Assembly: GCA_963976765.1 (NCBI GenBank)
Contig: CAXBME010000026.1
Location: 1 to 64,000, forward strand
From: an uncultured Planctomycetaceae bacterium
GTDB taxonomy: Bacteria > Planctomycetota > Planctomycetia > Planctomycetales > Planctomycetaceae
Length of the DNA: 64,000 nt
Reading direction: 5' to 3'
A model generated the notes under the pieces. It saw nothing but the letters and a program-made list of their open reading frames with translations. It was not told the origin of the DNA and did not search any database. Shown here piece after piece: positions 9,604 through 19,340 of this stretch (positions are counted from its first letter, which is position 1; each line of letters begins with the position of its first letter). Made by a program: the position numbers and the translations under genes.

Positions 9604-9947
9604 ACGGCATCAAGAACTCAAGAGAAAGTCATAAGTCGTTTCAAAACAGCGGGTAACTGCTTTTGCGAGAAATTCTGACGTTCAACGATTCTGACTCAAG
9701 TCGATCAAACGGACCTCTGCGCACTCAATCTGACAACGCACTGAAGGTCTTCGCTGAGCCTGCGGTGTCTGAGATTTACCGCTCAGGCATTCATATTTCG
9801 TAATCGCAAACAAATATTCCCAACGGCAGCATTGTTTCGACAGTTTCCGGACCACAAGAGCGAGGCGAATCAAGCCCAACGCCCGACACGGCTCAACATG
9901 ATGGCGACAGGCGCAGCACACTGGCTTCGCTAATTGTCAATCGAGCT

Positions 9948-11018
9948 CTACTTGTGCCTGGCCCGGTAATCTCCGGTACCACCAGCCGGTTCGACTCCGG
10001 CGGGACGTGCAAAGATCATCCGACCAGCACTGCTTTGCAGGACGCTGGTCACCGTTGCTTCAATATCCGTCCCGATCAGCGACTGAGCCTGTTCACAGAC
10101 GACCATCGTGCCGTCATCCAGGTAGCCAACACCCTGCCCATGCGATTCGCCTTCCCGCTGAATCTTCAGGGCGAGCGTATCGCCGGGGAGATACCTTGGT
10201 CGAAGCGCCGATGCGACGTCATTCAGGTTGATCACGTCGACACCTTGTACGCTCGCGACTTTATTCAGGTTGAAGTCGTTGGTGACGATGCCAGCACCAA
10301 TCTGCTTGGCAAGCGAAACCAGTTTCTGGTCAACTCCCTTGCCTTTGACCGCGTCGCGATCGTCTGCGTCGCGAACTTCGATTTCAGCATGAGGAATACT
10401 CTGTAGTTTGCTGAGCACATCCAGCCCGCGACGACCGCGAGTGCGACGAGTCTTGTCGCTGCTGTCGGCAATATCCTGAACCTCTTTCAAGACAAAACTC
10501 GGCACAACCATTTGCGTATCAATAATCCGAGTCTCGACGACATCACAAATGCGACCGTCAATCAGCGCACTGCTGTCAAGAATCAAAGGCCGACCGCCCT
10601 TCAATTCGCGAGCAAACTCGACGTAGGGAATAACGAACCGAAAATCATCCTTTGTCTGCAGCAGAAACGACGTGCTCATGTACGAGAGAACCAACGTTGA
10701 CAACGCTCCAATAATAGGCTGCCAACCTTGCAGCCGAAGCGAAACAATGACTGGACCAATCGCCAGCATCAGTAGGAAACTGAGCAGGACACCGACCAGG
10801 AGGCCGAAGTAGATCGCGGAAATCAGCTCGATTCGTTTTCGCTTGACCAGAATGTCAAGAACGGTAACCGACTGGCTGAGCAACAAGAGTCCGATAAACG
10901 TCGCGATGGTGTTTTTCTGAACAAACTCGGGTTGAGTTGACTGCTCGGTACCCAGAAATGCTGCGATGGCTCCAGCGCAAATTACCGCGTAGAGAATTCG
11001 AATGATCAAAAGAAGCAT
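9948..11018 (-). CDS. membrane protein with PIN and TRAM domains (YacL-like)
   Basis: Four N-terminal TM segments, [46 protein letters not shown] and [15 protein letters not shown]. Confidence 0.92.
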   Translation of the reverse strand: MLLLIIRILYAVICAGAIAAFLGTEQSTQPEFVQKNTIATFIGLLLLSQSVTVLDILVKRKRIELISAIYFGLLVGVLLSFLLMLAIGPVIVSLRLQGWQPIIGALSTLVLSYMSTSFLLQTKDDFRFVIPYVEFARELKGGRPLILDSSALIDGRICDVVETRIIDTQMVVPSFVLKEVQDIADSSDKTRRTRGRRGLDVLSKLQSIPHAEIEVRDADDRDAVKGKGVDQKLVSLAKQIGAGIVTNDFNLNKVASVQGVDVINLNDVASALRPRYLPGDTLALKIQREGESHGQGVGYLDDGTMVVCEQAQSLIGTDIEATVTSVLQSSAGRMIFARPAGVEPAGGTGDYRARHK

Positions 11019-11597
11019 GGCTGAGCCTGTGTCTGGGCAGGTTGCGAGTTAGTCGCAGACGCGAATACGCTCGAAACAACGCTGGGAATCGGGAAGGGTT
11101 CGGGGTGGCCACAAGGCCCCCCGGGCGGGACTGTTCGATTTCTGGACTGTTTTCGACAGTTGCTAACAGCCTAAGGAAGACTCGTAGCAACATTTTGTCC
11201 GCGGAAGTACGACAACTGCAACTCAGACGTCGATCCTATTGCCTGAGTTTTCGAAAATCTCCTCGATACCGATCAAGTTGGCGCATTCACGATGGCATCG
11301 AATCCGGACAACACCTCGACAACTCGCATTCCAGATACTCGACCAGGAAAGTCAAGTCACTGTCGGGTTCACCATTCGACGAGGCATCGTCAAGACATCA
11401 GCCGTCCTGGATTGCCTGATGTCCCCTTTCGGTCAGTTGACACATAAGAAAACCCTGATTCTAATTGCCTTCCCTCGTTCGAAGGCAAACATCCGTGAGT
11501 ACTCAAACGTACGAGTAAAGCTGTCTGACCGGGGTCTCTGAAAACAGACAGTTCACCTTCGAAAAATTTCAGGTTCGAACACTGGAGGAATTTCTCA

Positions 11598-11936
11598 ATG
11601 CGTAAGTTGATTGCTGTGGCGGTTGCTGGCCTGATGCTGGCTTCTGCTTTCACCGGTGGTGCTGATGCACGACCAGGCTACTTGAAGGAATTCAAGACTA
11701 AGTACACGAAGGTCGCCGAAAACAACAAAGTCGATTGTAGCGTCTGCCATCCTGGCAAAAGCAAGAAAGACCGCAACGACTACGGCAAAGCCTTGGGCAA
11801 GAACATTGCCAAGAACGAGAAGGACGCCACCAAGATCGGCGAAGCTCTCGACAAAGCCGGCAAGGAAAAGAACGCCAAGGGCGAGACTTTCCAGTCACTG
11901 CTCGATGCTGGCAAACTGCCAGGCACCGCAGAGTAA
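11598..11936 (+). CDS. small secreted single-CxxCH (c-type cytochrome-like) protein
   Basis: Signal peptide ending ADA, heme-binding motif CSVCH, Lys-rich, GGAGGA Shine-Dalgarno, and its own terminator. Confidence 0.8.
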   Translation: MRKLIAVAVAGLMLASAFTGGADARPGYLKEFKTKYTKVAENNKVDCSVCHPGKSKKDRNDYGKALGKNIAKNEKDATKIGEALDKAGKEKNAKGETFQSLLDAGKLPGTAE

Positions 11937-11972
11937 GTATCGGTGGCGACACCGAATGCTGAATGAACGACG

Positions 11973-12006
11973 AAGGCCGTTTCCTGAGAAGGAAGCGGCC
12001 TTTTTT
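11973..12006 (+). terminator. rho-independent terminator
   Basis: GGCCGTTTCCT-GAGA-AGGAAGCGGCC followed by TTTTTT. Confidence 0.85.
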
Positions 12007-12064
12007 GTTGCGGCAGAAATGTGCCCCGAATCTTTCGATATCCGCAGTAGACAGGCAGAACGCG

Positions 12065-13843
12065 ATGGCCGAACGATTCTCCAGACCTGCAATTCTCACG
12101 ACGGTTGTTGTACTGACCGCGGCATTCGCGAAAGTACCACAAGCGGTCGAAGCTGAGGACATCAAAACCTGGGATGGTCGTCACAACATTTCCAGTATCG
12201 AAGTCACGCTCGCCTACTTTGTTCCTCGCGACCGCCAGCCACTCCCCGACTGGCATGATCGAGTCCGCTATTTTGCGAAACGCATCGAACGGTTTCACGC
12301 TCGCGAATTTGACGGTCAGTCAACACTGACAGCGAAGGTTCTCACCGAGCCATTCACGTCCGCTCGAACAACGGAGCAACTGCGAGCTGGCGATGCAAAC
12401 TTCATTTTCTTCCAGACTCTGCGAGAAGTTGACGAGGAATTGCAGTTTGGTCGGGAGAAGAAAGATTCCTTCCCGATCCTGCTTGTGCTCAGCGAAATCA
12501 ACTGGCGGCCGCTCGATGACTTCTTCCGAGTCAGCCCGCAGGATGGCAAGCTGAAATTTGAAGGGCAGATCATCAACGGGCGTCATTTTCCCGGCGCCAG
12601 TTCCGGAGGTTCCCGAGCGACCTACCTGGCGGATCGCGGAGTCGGCTGGGGGCTGGTCAGTGCCGACGGATGGCGAGTCCCCTACTCGGGTGCAGATTGT
12701 GTGATCTACCACGAAGGAGTCGGGCATCCAATCGGCCTGCCTCACCCGGAGCCACAAAACAGTTCTGTTATGAGTCTCGCTCAGTACCGAGGCTGGCTGA
12801 GCGAGTCTTCTGTCGACGAGACTCAAAAGAAACGCCTTGGCTGGCACCCGCCCGAAACGAAGTTCGATCGCACGACGGATCTCTTTTCAACGTTTACCGC
12901 CGTACCAGATCCTTTGATTCCAAAGCCCAACGAGCCGGTAAGCCTTCAACTCACCTGGCCAGAGAACTCAACGGTTTCTTCGATCCACTGCCGAATTCAG
13001 ACGGAAGTCGACGGTCCCTGGGTCGACTCTCTTAATGACGAGCCACGCGGCGCGAAAACGGCGGACAAAATTTCACTGGGGACATTCGACCGACCAACAC
13101 CTGTCAGTTACCGGGTTGACGCGGCACTGAAGAATGGCGAGACGATCGAACTCTGGGGTTACTTCCAGGTTCGCGCTCGTGCGTCGGAAACTCTTCTTCC
13201 ACGAGGCAGCTCAAACGAGCTTTCCATCGCCGAAAAGGACACACCCCGGCAACCGGCAGAATCGATCGACCTGCTTTCAATGATCAACGTAGATCACGAT
13301 GCCGTGGCAGGAGAATGGAAGAAAGTCAACGGCGTCCTCGACGCTCCGAAACTCTTTGGAGCACGCATCGAAGTTCCATTCGAACCACCAGCCGAATACG
13401 AACTCACCGTCATCGCAACGCCGTTCGACGAACCCAACGGTTTGATTCTCGGCCAACTGATGGATGGTCACCGTTTTCTGACGTTGATCAACCACAATGT
13501 TCAACAGGAGGCCGCTGCCAGCGCCTTGGAAAACGTCGACGGCCAGAACGTCAGAAATAACGCGACAACGTTAATGGCTGATTTGCTCCAGAAAGATCGA
13601 CCGTCGCAGATCATCGTGACCGTGAGGAAATCTTCGGTTGTTGTCCGTTGCGACGGTCGAACGATCATTGAATGGCAGGGCAAACCCGAGCAACTCAGCT
13701 TGGGCGACTACTGGAAAACCCCCAATGCCAGTGTGCTTTTTCTGGGCGCGTACGACTGTCGGTATCGGTTTTCGAGAGTTTCGCTCACCCCCCTGTCAGG
13801 AACAGGCAAGCCGATTCGTGAGTCTTCCACAAGAGCAGATTAA
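12065..13843 (+). CDS. secreted hypothetical protein with a metzincin-like zinc-binding motif
   Basis: Signal-like N-terminus, HEGVGHPIGLPH followed by Met-turn-like SSVMS, and a C-terminal beta-rich domain. The ORF-track start at 11963 overlaps the terminator, so ATG 12065 was chosen. Confidence 0.7.
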   Translation: MAERFSRPAILTTVVVLTAAFAKVPQAVEAEDIKTWDGRHNISSIEVTLAYFVPRDRQPLPDWHDRVRYFAKRIERFHAREFDGQSTLTAKVLTEPFTSARTTEQLRAGDANFIFFQTLREVDEELQFGREKKDSFPILLVLSEINWRPLDDFFRVSPQDGKLKFEGQIINGRHFPGASSGGSRATYLADRGVGWGLVSADGWRVPYSGADCVIYHEGVGHPIGLPHPEPQNSSVMSLAQYRGWLSESSVDETQKKRLGWHPPETKFDRTTDLFSTFTAVPDPLIPKPNEPVSLQLTWPENSTVSSIHCRIQTEVDGPWVDSLNDEPRGAKTADKISLGTFDRPTPVSYRVDAALKNGETIELWGYFQVRARASETLLPRGSSNELSIAEKDTPRQPAESIDLLSMINVDHDAVAGEWKKVNGVLDAPKLFGARIEVPFEPPAEYELTVIATPFDEPNGLILGQLMDGHRFLTLINHNVQQEAAASALENVDGQNVRNNATTLMADLLQKDRPSQIIVTVRKSSVVVRCDGRTIIEWQGKPEQLSLGDYWKTPNASVLFLGAYDCRYRFSRVSLTPLSGTGKPIRESSTRAD

Positions 13844-15090
13844 GCCATCAGCCGTTCGATCGGTGTTCCATCGCTGAAGGCGATTGGTCGACCGATCGGT
13901 GTAATAAACTCTTCGGCATAATCGACGCCAAGAGTCTGCAAAACAGTCGCATAAAGATCCTTCACTTCGATCGGATCAACGGCGTCTTTCTTACCAAGCG
14001 GGTCTGTCTCACCGATTACTTTGCCGGCGGTCAAACCACCACCACCTACGACGCACGAGAACCATTTCGGCCAGTGATCGCGACCGCCGACAGGGTTGAT
14101 AGCCGGCGTTCGGCCGAACTCGCCGATACAAAGCACGACTGTCGAGTCGAGCAAATCTCGCTCTTTCAATTCCGCCGTCAGCGTTGCAAATGCCGGATCG
14201 AGAATCTGTGCCTGAGTCTGATGTCCGCCATGGTTTGAAGCATGAGTATCCCAGCCGTTGAGCGTCACTTCGACTGCTCGCACACCCGTTTCGATCAGCC
14301 GGCGAGCTACCAGACAACCACGACCAAAGCGATTGTCTCCGTACGCTGCTTTAATTGCCTGAGACTCATCGTCCAGTTCGAGAGCCTTAAGCTGCTCAGA
14401 ACTCATCATCTTCAACGCTCGTTGAACGGTGAGCTGGTGTAGCGTGTTTTCCGTCTGAATTCGTCGCCCACGCGCAAAAGCCTGCGTCACGATGTCCAGG
14501 CTTGCCAGCCGCCGATCCTGACGTTCTTCACCCACCAGCGGCCGCATGTTGTTGATCTGCCGACCGGGATCAAAAACCCGAAAGGCATCGTACGAGGCTC
14601 CGAAATAACCGCCTCGAGCTGGCCACTGACCACCGCCAAGTGAAACATGCGCTGGGATTTCCAATCCTTTAACCGGCTGCTGATGCGACACGATGGCCGA
14701 CACCGCCGGATGCTTGAACACCGGGTCCGGTCGGTATCCCGTCTTCACGAAATAAGTACCTCGTTCGTGGTCGCCTTCCTTCGAAAGTAGAGAACGCACA
14801 ACGTTCAAATTGTCGATCTGCTCGGCCATCTGCGGATACATGTCCGCAATCTGCAGCCCCTTGATGCGAGTATCGATCGCACCGACCTCGCCGCCGGTTT
14901 CTGAACCAGCGTGCGGATCCCACGTCTCGAGCTGGCTTGGGCCGCCAGCCATCCATAGCACAATCAGTGACTTCTGCCGCTTCGGCCCTCGCTCCTGAGC
15001 GGCCTTTGCCCCAAGAGCCGGCACCAGAAACGAAAGCCCCAGTCCAGCAGCCGTCTTCAAAGCGTTTCGACGTGTGACTTCAGTTTTCAT
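13840..15090 (-). CDS. DUF1501 domain protein (Tat-like signal)
   Basis: TRRNALK, LWMAGGPSQLETWDP, ARRLIETGV, GWDTH, GEFGRTPAIN and GRDHWP. Confidence 0.92.
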   Translation of the reverse strand: MKTEVTRRNALKTAAGLGLSFLVPALGAKAAQERGPKRQKSLIVLWMAGGPSQLETWDPHAGSETGGEVGAIDTRIKGLQIADMYPQMAEQIDNLNVVRSLLSKEGDHERGTYFVKTGYRPDPVFKHPAVSAIVSHQQPVKGLEIPAHVSLGGGQWPARGGYFGASYDAFRVFDPGRQINNMRPLVGEERQDRRLASLDIVTQAFARGRRIQTENTLHQLTVQRALKMMSSEQLKALELDDESQAIKAAYGDNRFGRGCLVARRLIETGVRAVEVTLNGWDTHASNHGGHQTQAQILDPAFATLTAELKERDLLDSTVVLCIGEFGRTPAINPVGGRDHWPKWFSCVVGGGGLTAGKVIGETDPLGKKDAVDPIEVKDLYATVLQTLGVDYAEEFITPIGRPIAFSDGTPIERLMA

Positions 15091-15134
15091 AAGATGACTC
15101 GCAAAGAAGTGCACGCCTCATGTCCAGCATAGAA

Positions 15135-16802
15135 TCAGTGATTCCACGAGAACTCGGGCGAATTGAACAGCGTCCAGAAGATGTCCTCGATGATCGGATT
15201 TCGGCGATTGTCCGTGTGATCGCCCAGGAGTCCCAGAAAATGCTCCCGTTCTTCGGGAGTCGGCTTCCTTGTCAGGCATACGAAGTACGCCGCTTCAAGA
15301 GCTTCCTCGTTGGTCGTGCTCATGTTTGAAATACGACCGCACGCTGAAAAGAAATTCGACTCGACCGCCCCCCGCGTCATGTTGCTGTTCATCCTGAGCA
15401 GAGCTTGCGGAATCGTTCCGGACTGTTCGACCAGTTCCTGATCACCGAGGTCACCGTACTCGTTGACGAAATCACGTTCGTTGGTGAAACGTCGGAACCG
15501 GGTAAGCAAGTGCGAGTTTTGATCGATCGTCCGAATCGACGAAGCCTGCAACATCGCCCCGATGATCTGCTCCGGCCGCAAACGAGTCATCGGGAACAGC
15601 CCCCACGATTCGTCCAGCATCGAGACCATCTCTTCGTAGCTGACGTCGGCCAGCGAGTCGTTATTCGGCTCGGCGACACTCTTCAGGCGGAACGGTTTCG
15701 ATGATGAGATCGTCATAATCATCCGCTTCAGGTCGTAATTGTGCTTCCGAAAATCCTGGCCGAGCATATCCAGCACATCGCGATCGGCCTCGTCGCTGGG
15801 GTCAGGCATGTCGTCGACTGGCGTGATGAACGACCGGCCAAACATCAGCCCCCAGATGCGATTGGCAATCGCTCGCTCAAACCGTCGGTTCTCGGGGTGA
15901 GTCATCCAGTGTGCAAACTTTTCACGCGTTGTCCCTTCAACTGGAATCCAGTCTTTGCCAAAAGGCACAGCCGGATCCACCTCACGCATGGGGATGTTTT
16001 CAGGCTCCTCGTCGACTTCGTCCAAAGCCGCCAGATCCTGGACCTCGTACTTCTTTTCAGGCGAATCGAAGACGCCCAGCCCCCCCTGCTGGACCTGACC
16101 AAATTGAGCGGCAACGCCTTCAAAGTGCCCCTGTTTCCAGTTTGAGTCGAATGGATGATCGTGGCACTGAGCACAGTCCATGCTCTGACCAAGAAATGCT
16201 CGCACAGATCGAGCGGCAAGCTTGTTCTCATCCAGATCCTCGTTGGCAACGGCTGACGTGATGAAATTCGTCTGAGGCTCGCCAGTCCACAGCCCTTTGG
16301 ATGAAATCATCTGCCGAACGATCTGATCGTAAGGCGTGTCTGCCTCAAGCTGATCACTGAGCCAACTGACGAATCGATCTCGGCGAAACACGATGAACTG
16401 CCCCCCATCGACACCGACAAAACATCGCGCGAGACGCTCGGCGAAGTAGTCTGCGAAACGAGGGTCGTTCAGGTATCGCTGCGTCCAGCGTTCGATGCGG
16501 TCGGGCTGGTCGTCGATTTCAAACTGACGGATTTCTTCCAGCGACGGAACGGTGCCCATCAGTGAGAGCGCCAGCCGTCGCAGGAGAAGAAGTTCATCAG
16601 CCGGCTGCGCAGGTCTCAGCTCCTGACGTCTCCAGAGTTCTTCGAAGTAGTCGTCAACCTGCGTGATGACTGTCGGCAATTCGGCATCAACGTAAACAGC
16701 TTCCGTCGGCGTGGCATTCAGCGAAACGGACGGTTGAACAGCCCACAGACAAAGAACAAACACCGCCGCAACCACGAGTAATGGCAGAAGTCGTGTTTTC
16801 AT
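15135..16802 (-). CDS. DUF1549/DUF1553 (PSD1-type) protein
   Basis: LLRRLALSLMGTVPS, PYDQIVRQMI, DCAQCHDHPF, ANRIWGLMFGR, PQALLRMN and LFNSPEFSWNH, in the usual position upstream of DUF1501. Confidence 0.9.
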   Translation of the reverse strand: MKTRLLPLLVVAAVFVLCLWAVQPSVSLNATPTEAVYVDAELPTVITQVDDYFEELWRRQELRPAQPADELLLLRRLALSLMGTVPSLEEIRQFEIDDQPDRIERWTQRYLNDPRFADYFAERLARCFVGVDGGQFIVFRRDRFVSWLSDQLEADTPYDQIVRQMISSKGLWTGEPQTNFITSAVANEDLDENKLAARSVRAFLGQSMDCAQCHDHPFDSNWKQGHFEGVAAQFGQVQQGGLGVFDSPEKKYEVQDLAALDEVDEEPENIPMREVDPAVPFGKDWIPVEGTTREKFAHWMTHPENRRFERAIANRIWGLMFGRSFITPVDDMPDPSDEADRDVLDMLGQDFRKHNYDLKRMIMTISSSKPFRLKSVAEPNNDSLADVSYEEMVSMLDESWGLFPMTRLRPEQIIGAMLQASSIRTIDQNSHLLTRFRRFTNERDFVNEYGDLGDQELVEQSGTIPQALLRMNSNMTRGAVESNFFSACGRISNMSTTNEEALEAAYFVCLTRKPTPEEREHFLGLLGDHTDNRRNPIIEDIFWTLFNSPEFSWNH

Positions 16803-17130
16803 ACGATGTTTCCTGAATCCAGATCGCCAGCATGCAGTGGCGGGTTCACCATGCTGACAATCTGTTGAAACCGACAGAAGTTCTGATTCGACGTGCGCGA
16901 CTGGCTGCTCCAGGGCATTGCCTGCGGACCGGAATTCGCAACACACTGGTAGAACCAGTGGCACGCTTTTTCAACTGGCAGCCAACGTCTAACACTGGTA
17001 CCGCTCGAAAGTCGCCGCGGTTTCGTAAATTCTCACACAGAATGCAGGAATCGCGACCAGAGCGGGCTCGAAAAGGAAACCTGTTGTTCTTCCGGCGCTG
17101 ACCGATACACCAGCCTACTGGCTTTTGCCG

Positions 17131-18681
17131 CTACTTCGTCGTTTTGTCGGAGTCAGATGCAGGAGCTGCCGGCGAGCTTGCGGGAGCGTCCGTTTCAGGC
17201 AGCGTCTTCAGATCGTCCTTGCTGCTGAGTGCCCCCGGAGCCGGTTCCGCACTCTGATCCTTGTTCTTCGAAGTTCCTGCTGCCTCTTTGAGTTGCTCTT
17301 CCGTAGCAATCTTGACTTGCGGAGCCGACGACCGGCCGGTGGCGTCAATCGCTTTATCCAGCTGATTGGTCATGACCTTTTCCGCGAGGATCCGGCGAAC
17401 CCAGGTCAGCGCTTCTGTCGCAAACACCCGTGAGCCGCCTTCCTTGTTTTTCGATTCACTCACGATGTGCATCATCTTCCGCACGGCATCGCCGTACTGC
17501 TTTCGGAGATAAAGGATCCGAGCTTCAAAAAAGTCAACCAGCAGTTCGTCCTGCAGGTACTTTCGATGCTTTCGCAGATACTCTTCGGCAACTGACGGAG
17601 CATTCACTTCAAGCGGCATCGTGATCGAGACAAAAGCCAACGATTCACGTTCTTCCTTATCCGTCTGACGAGCAATTGCATCTTCAAGTTGTTTTTGAGC
17701 GGCCGGCAGTCGACCGCTTCTCGTCAGATAAATCGCGTACTTCGAAACGACAAGCGTGCTGCGAGGAAATCGGTCGATCATCTTCGAAAACAGCTGATCG
17801 CGGTGCTCGTTCTCGGTCGTTTGCGACAGGACCGCTGCAAAATATTCGGCTCCCTGGAGGCTCGCATCAGTTTCCTTATACAGAACTTCCGCCAGCGCCG
17901 CCGCGTCGTCCACTCGTTCGAGCGCCATCAGAACACGAACCTTCTTGCTTCGCAGGGAGATACTTTCAGGATCGAGCTTCAGCAACCCGTCGATCAACGA
18001 CAACGCTTCGTCGGACAGCTCTTCTCGAATTGCGAAGGTCAGCAGCTCAGGATGAAGCTCCGGAATGTCAGCTGCCATCGTGATCGCTGTGTCGAGTGTT
18101 TGTTTCTTTCTCTGATTGTGATACTCCGCCGACTTCGGATTGCCATCCTGCTCAAGCAGCATCGCCTTGGCCTTGAATCCGTACGCTGCAAACAGAGCAA
18201 CCGCGGCCGTCGATGCGTATTCCCGATTCAGTTCGATCAGCTGGTCAACTGCCGAACGCTCGCGAGCCATCATGCGAAACTTCAGCTCAAGCCCTTTGTA
18301 TTTCGGGTCGTTCGGCGCAGCAGCAATGGCTCGACGAATCTCAGCGTTGGCCGGTTCGTACCTCTGCAGGCGGTCCAGAGTGATCGCTTTCAGATAACGA
18401 AACTCCGGCGGAGCATCCGTGTCAGACGTCAGACTAAGTGTTTCCAGCGCCGCCTGATCACTGGAAAGCTGAAGATGTCGTCGTGCTTCGGCGATCTTCT
18501 CAGCGTACATTTTCTGCCGACTCACCGTGGACAGCCAGTACCAGAGACTTCCTGCTCCAATCACGACGACCGCCGCCCCGGCAATGACAAGCCAGCGGGC
18601 AACTCCACGCCGCAACGACGCAGGCTGCTGAGTGACTGGCAAATGACGGCTGGACGAATCGGAGTAGGACAAAATCCGCAC
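17131..18681 (-). CDS. membrane-anchored tetratricopeptide-repeat protein
   Basis: N-terminal TM (WLVIAGAAVVVIGAGSLWYWL), Ala/Leu helical repeats (AIAAAPNDP, LLKLDPES) and a low-complexity tail. The start is uncertain (GTG 18681 with GGAG, or 18750). Confidence 0.7.
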   Translation of the reverse strand: MRILSYSDSSSRHLPVTQQPASLRRGVARWLVIAGAAVVVIGAGSLWYWLSTVSRQKMYAEKIAEARRHLQLSSDQAALETLSLTSDTDAPPEFRYLKAITLDRLQRYEPANAEIRRAIAAAPNDPKYKGLELKFRMMARERSAVDQLIELNREYASTAAVALFAAYGFKAKAMLLEQDGNPKSAEYHNQRKKQTLDTAITMAADIPELHPELLTFAIREELSDEALSLIDGLLKLDPESISLRSKKVRVLMALERVDDAAALAEVLYKETDASLQGAEYFAAVLSQTTENEHRDQLFSKMIDRFPRSTLVVSKYAIYLTRSGRLPAAQKQLEDAIARQTDKEERESLAFVSITMPLEVNAPSVAEEYLRKHRKYLQDELLVDFFEARILYLRKQYGDAVRKMMHIVSESKNKEGGSRVFATEALTWVRRILAEKVMTNQLDKAIDATGRSSAPQVKIATEEQLKEAAGTSKNKDQSAEPAPGALSSKDDLKTLPETDAPASSPAAPASDSDKTTK

Positions 18682-18976
18682 GGCGGACTCCCTGAAACTG
18701 AAAAGACTTTGAGATGAATCTACCTCTGAGTTGTGTGCCAATGGCACCACCGATGCTCGATTTTCGTCGGGTAACCCCGAAAAAGTAGACTCAAGAATTC
18801 ACTGGCAGAGCCAGTGGCACCCGTCATGACTGAACTGCGATCGATGAACCGACCTCGAAGAACCAGCACAGGCCGGTCGATTCGGGCCATTCTGAAATCC
18901 AGCATGACCAGAGTCGATAAGTAATAAGTAATCTTACGTCGCAAGCCGCCGCCTCGCCGACGGGAAGTCAACCGGA

Positions 18977-19231
18977 TCAGCAACCGGACAGCGTCAGAAT
19001 GACTGCAACGATCCCAGCCAGCCCGATCATTACCCACGGCAGAGGTTTTCCCTGCCAGGCTGACGTCGAAAACTCAACATACTCCCCGCACGTCGGGCAC
19101 TGCTCAGCATCCTCGTAGACATCCGTGCCGCAGTTCGGACACTGCACGGTTTCCGTTACGTCATCCGAATCGTCATCGGAATCGGGATTCGGATACTCGT
19201 TATCGTCAAATTCGTCGGACCAGTTGTCCAC
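18977..19231 (-). CDS. small zinc-ribbon protein with C-terminal TM helix
   Basis: Acidic N-terminus, CPNCG..VYEDAEQCPTCG and a hydrophobic C-terminus. GTG start with GGGAG. Confidence 0.8.
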   Translation of the reverse strand: MDNWSDEFDDNEYPNPDSDDDSDDVTETVQCPNCGTDVYEDAEQCPTCGEYVEFSTSAWQGKPLPWVMIGLAGIVAVILTLSGC

Positions 19232-19280
19232 AAAACGCTCCCCGAAAGAGGCGAACTGAAAGAGAACACCGCGCGTAAGA

Positions 19281-19313
19281 AAACCCCGGTCACGACTTGC
19301 GTGACCGGGGTTT
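19281..19313 (-). terminator. rho-independent terminator closing the BMC operon
   Basis: AAACCCCGGTCACG-5nt-CGTGACCGGGGTTT, a perfect 14-bp stem ending in a T-run on the minus strand, about 30 nt after the dehydrogenase stop. Confidence 0.85.
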
Positions 19314-19340
19314 GAACGATAATCGGTCAGGTGTTGAGCG

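Noticed and set aside
11480..11560. Possible c-di-GMP-I riboswitch (GGCAAAC...AAAGC) upstream of the CxxCH gene
   Set aside because: The stem after GGCAAAC does not close around a GNRA loop, and the GACGCAAAG element is absent.
17689..18717. Long antisense ORFs (also 46356-47357, 49794-50873, 5426-6214, 25277-26047)
   Set aside because: They fully overlap well-supported genes on the opposite strand and show no recognisable motifs, which is expected shadowing in GC-rich DNA.
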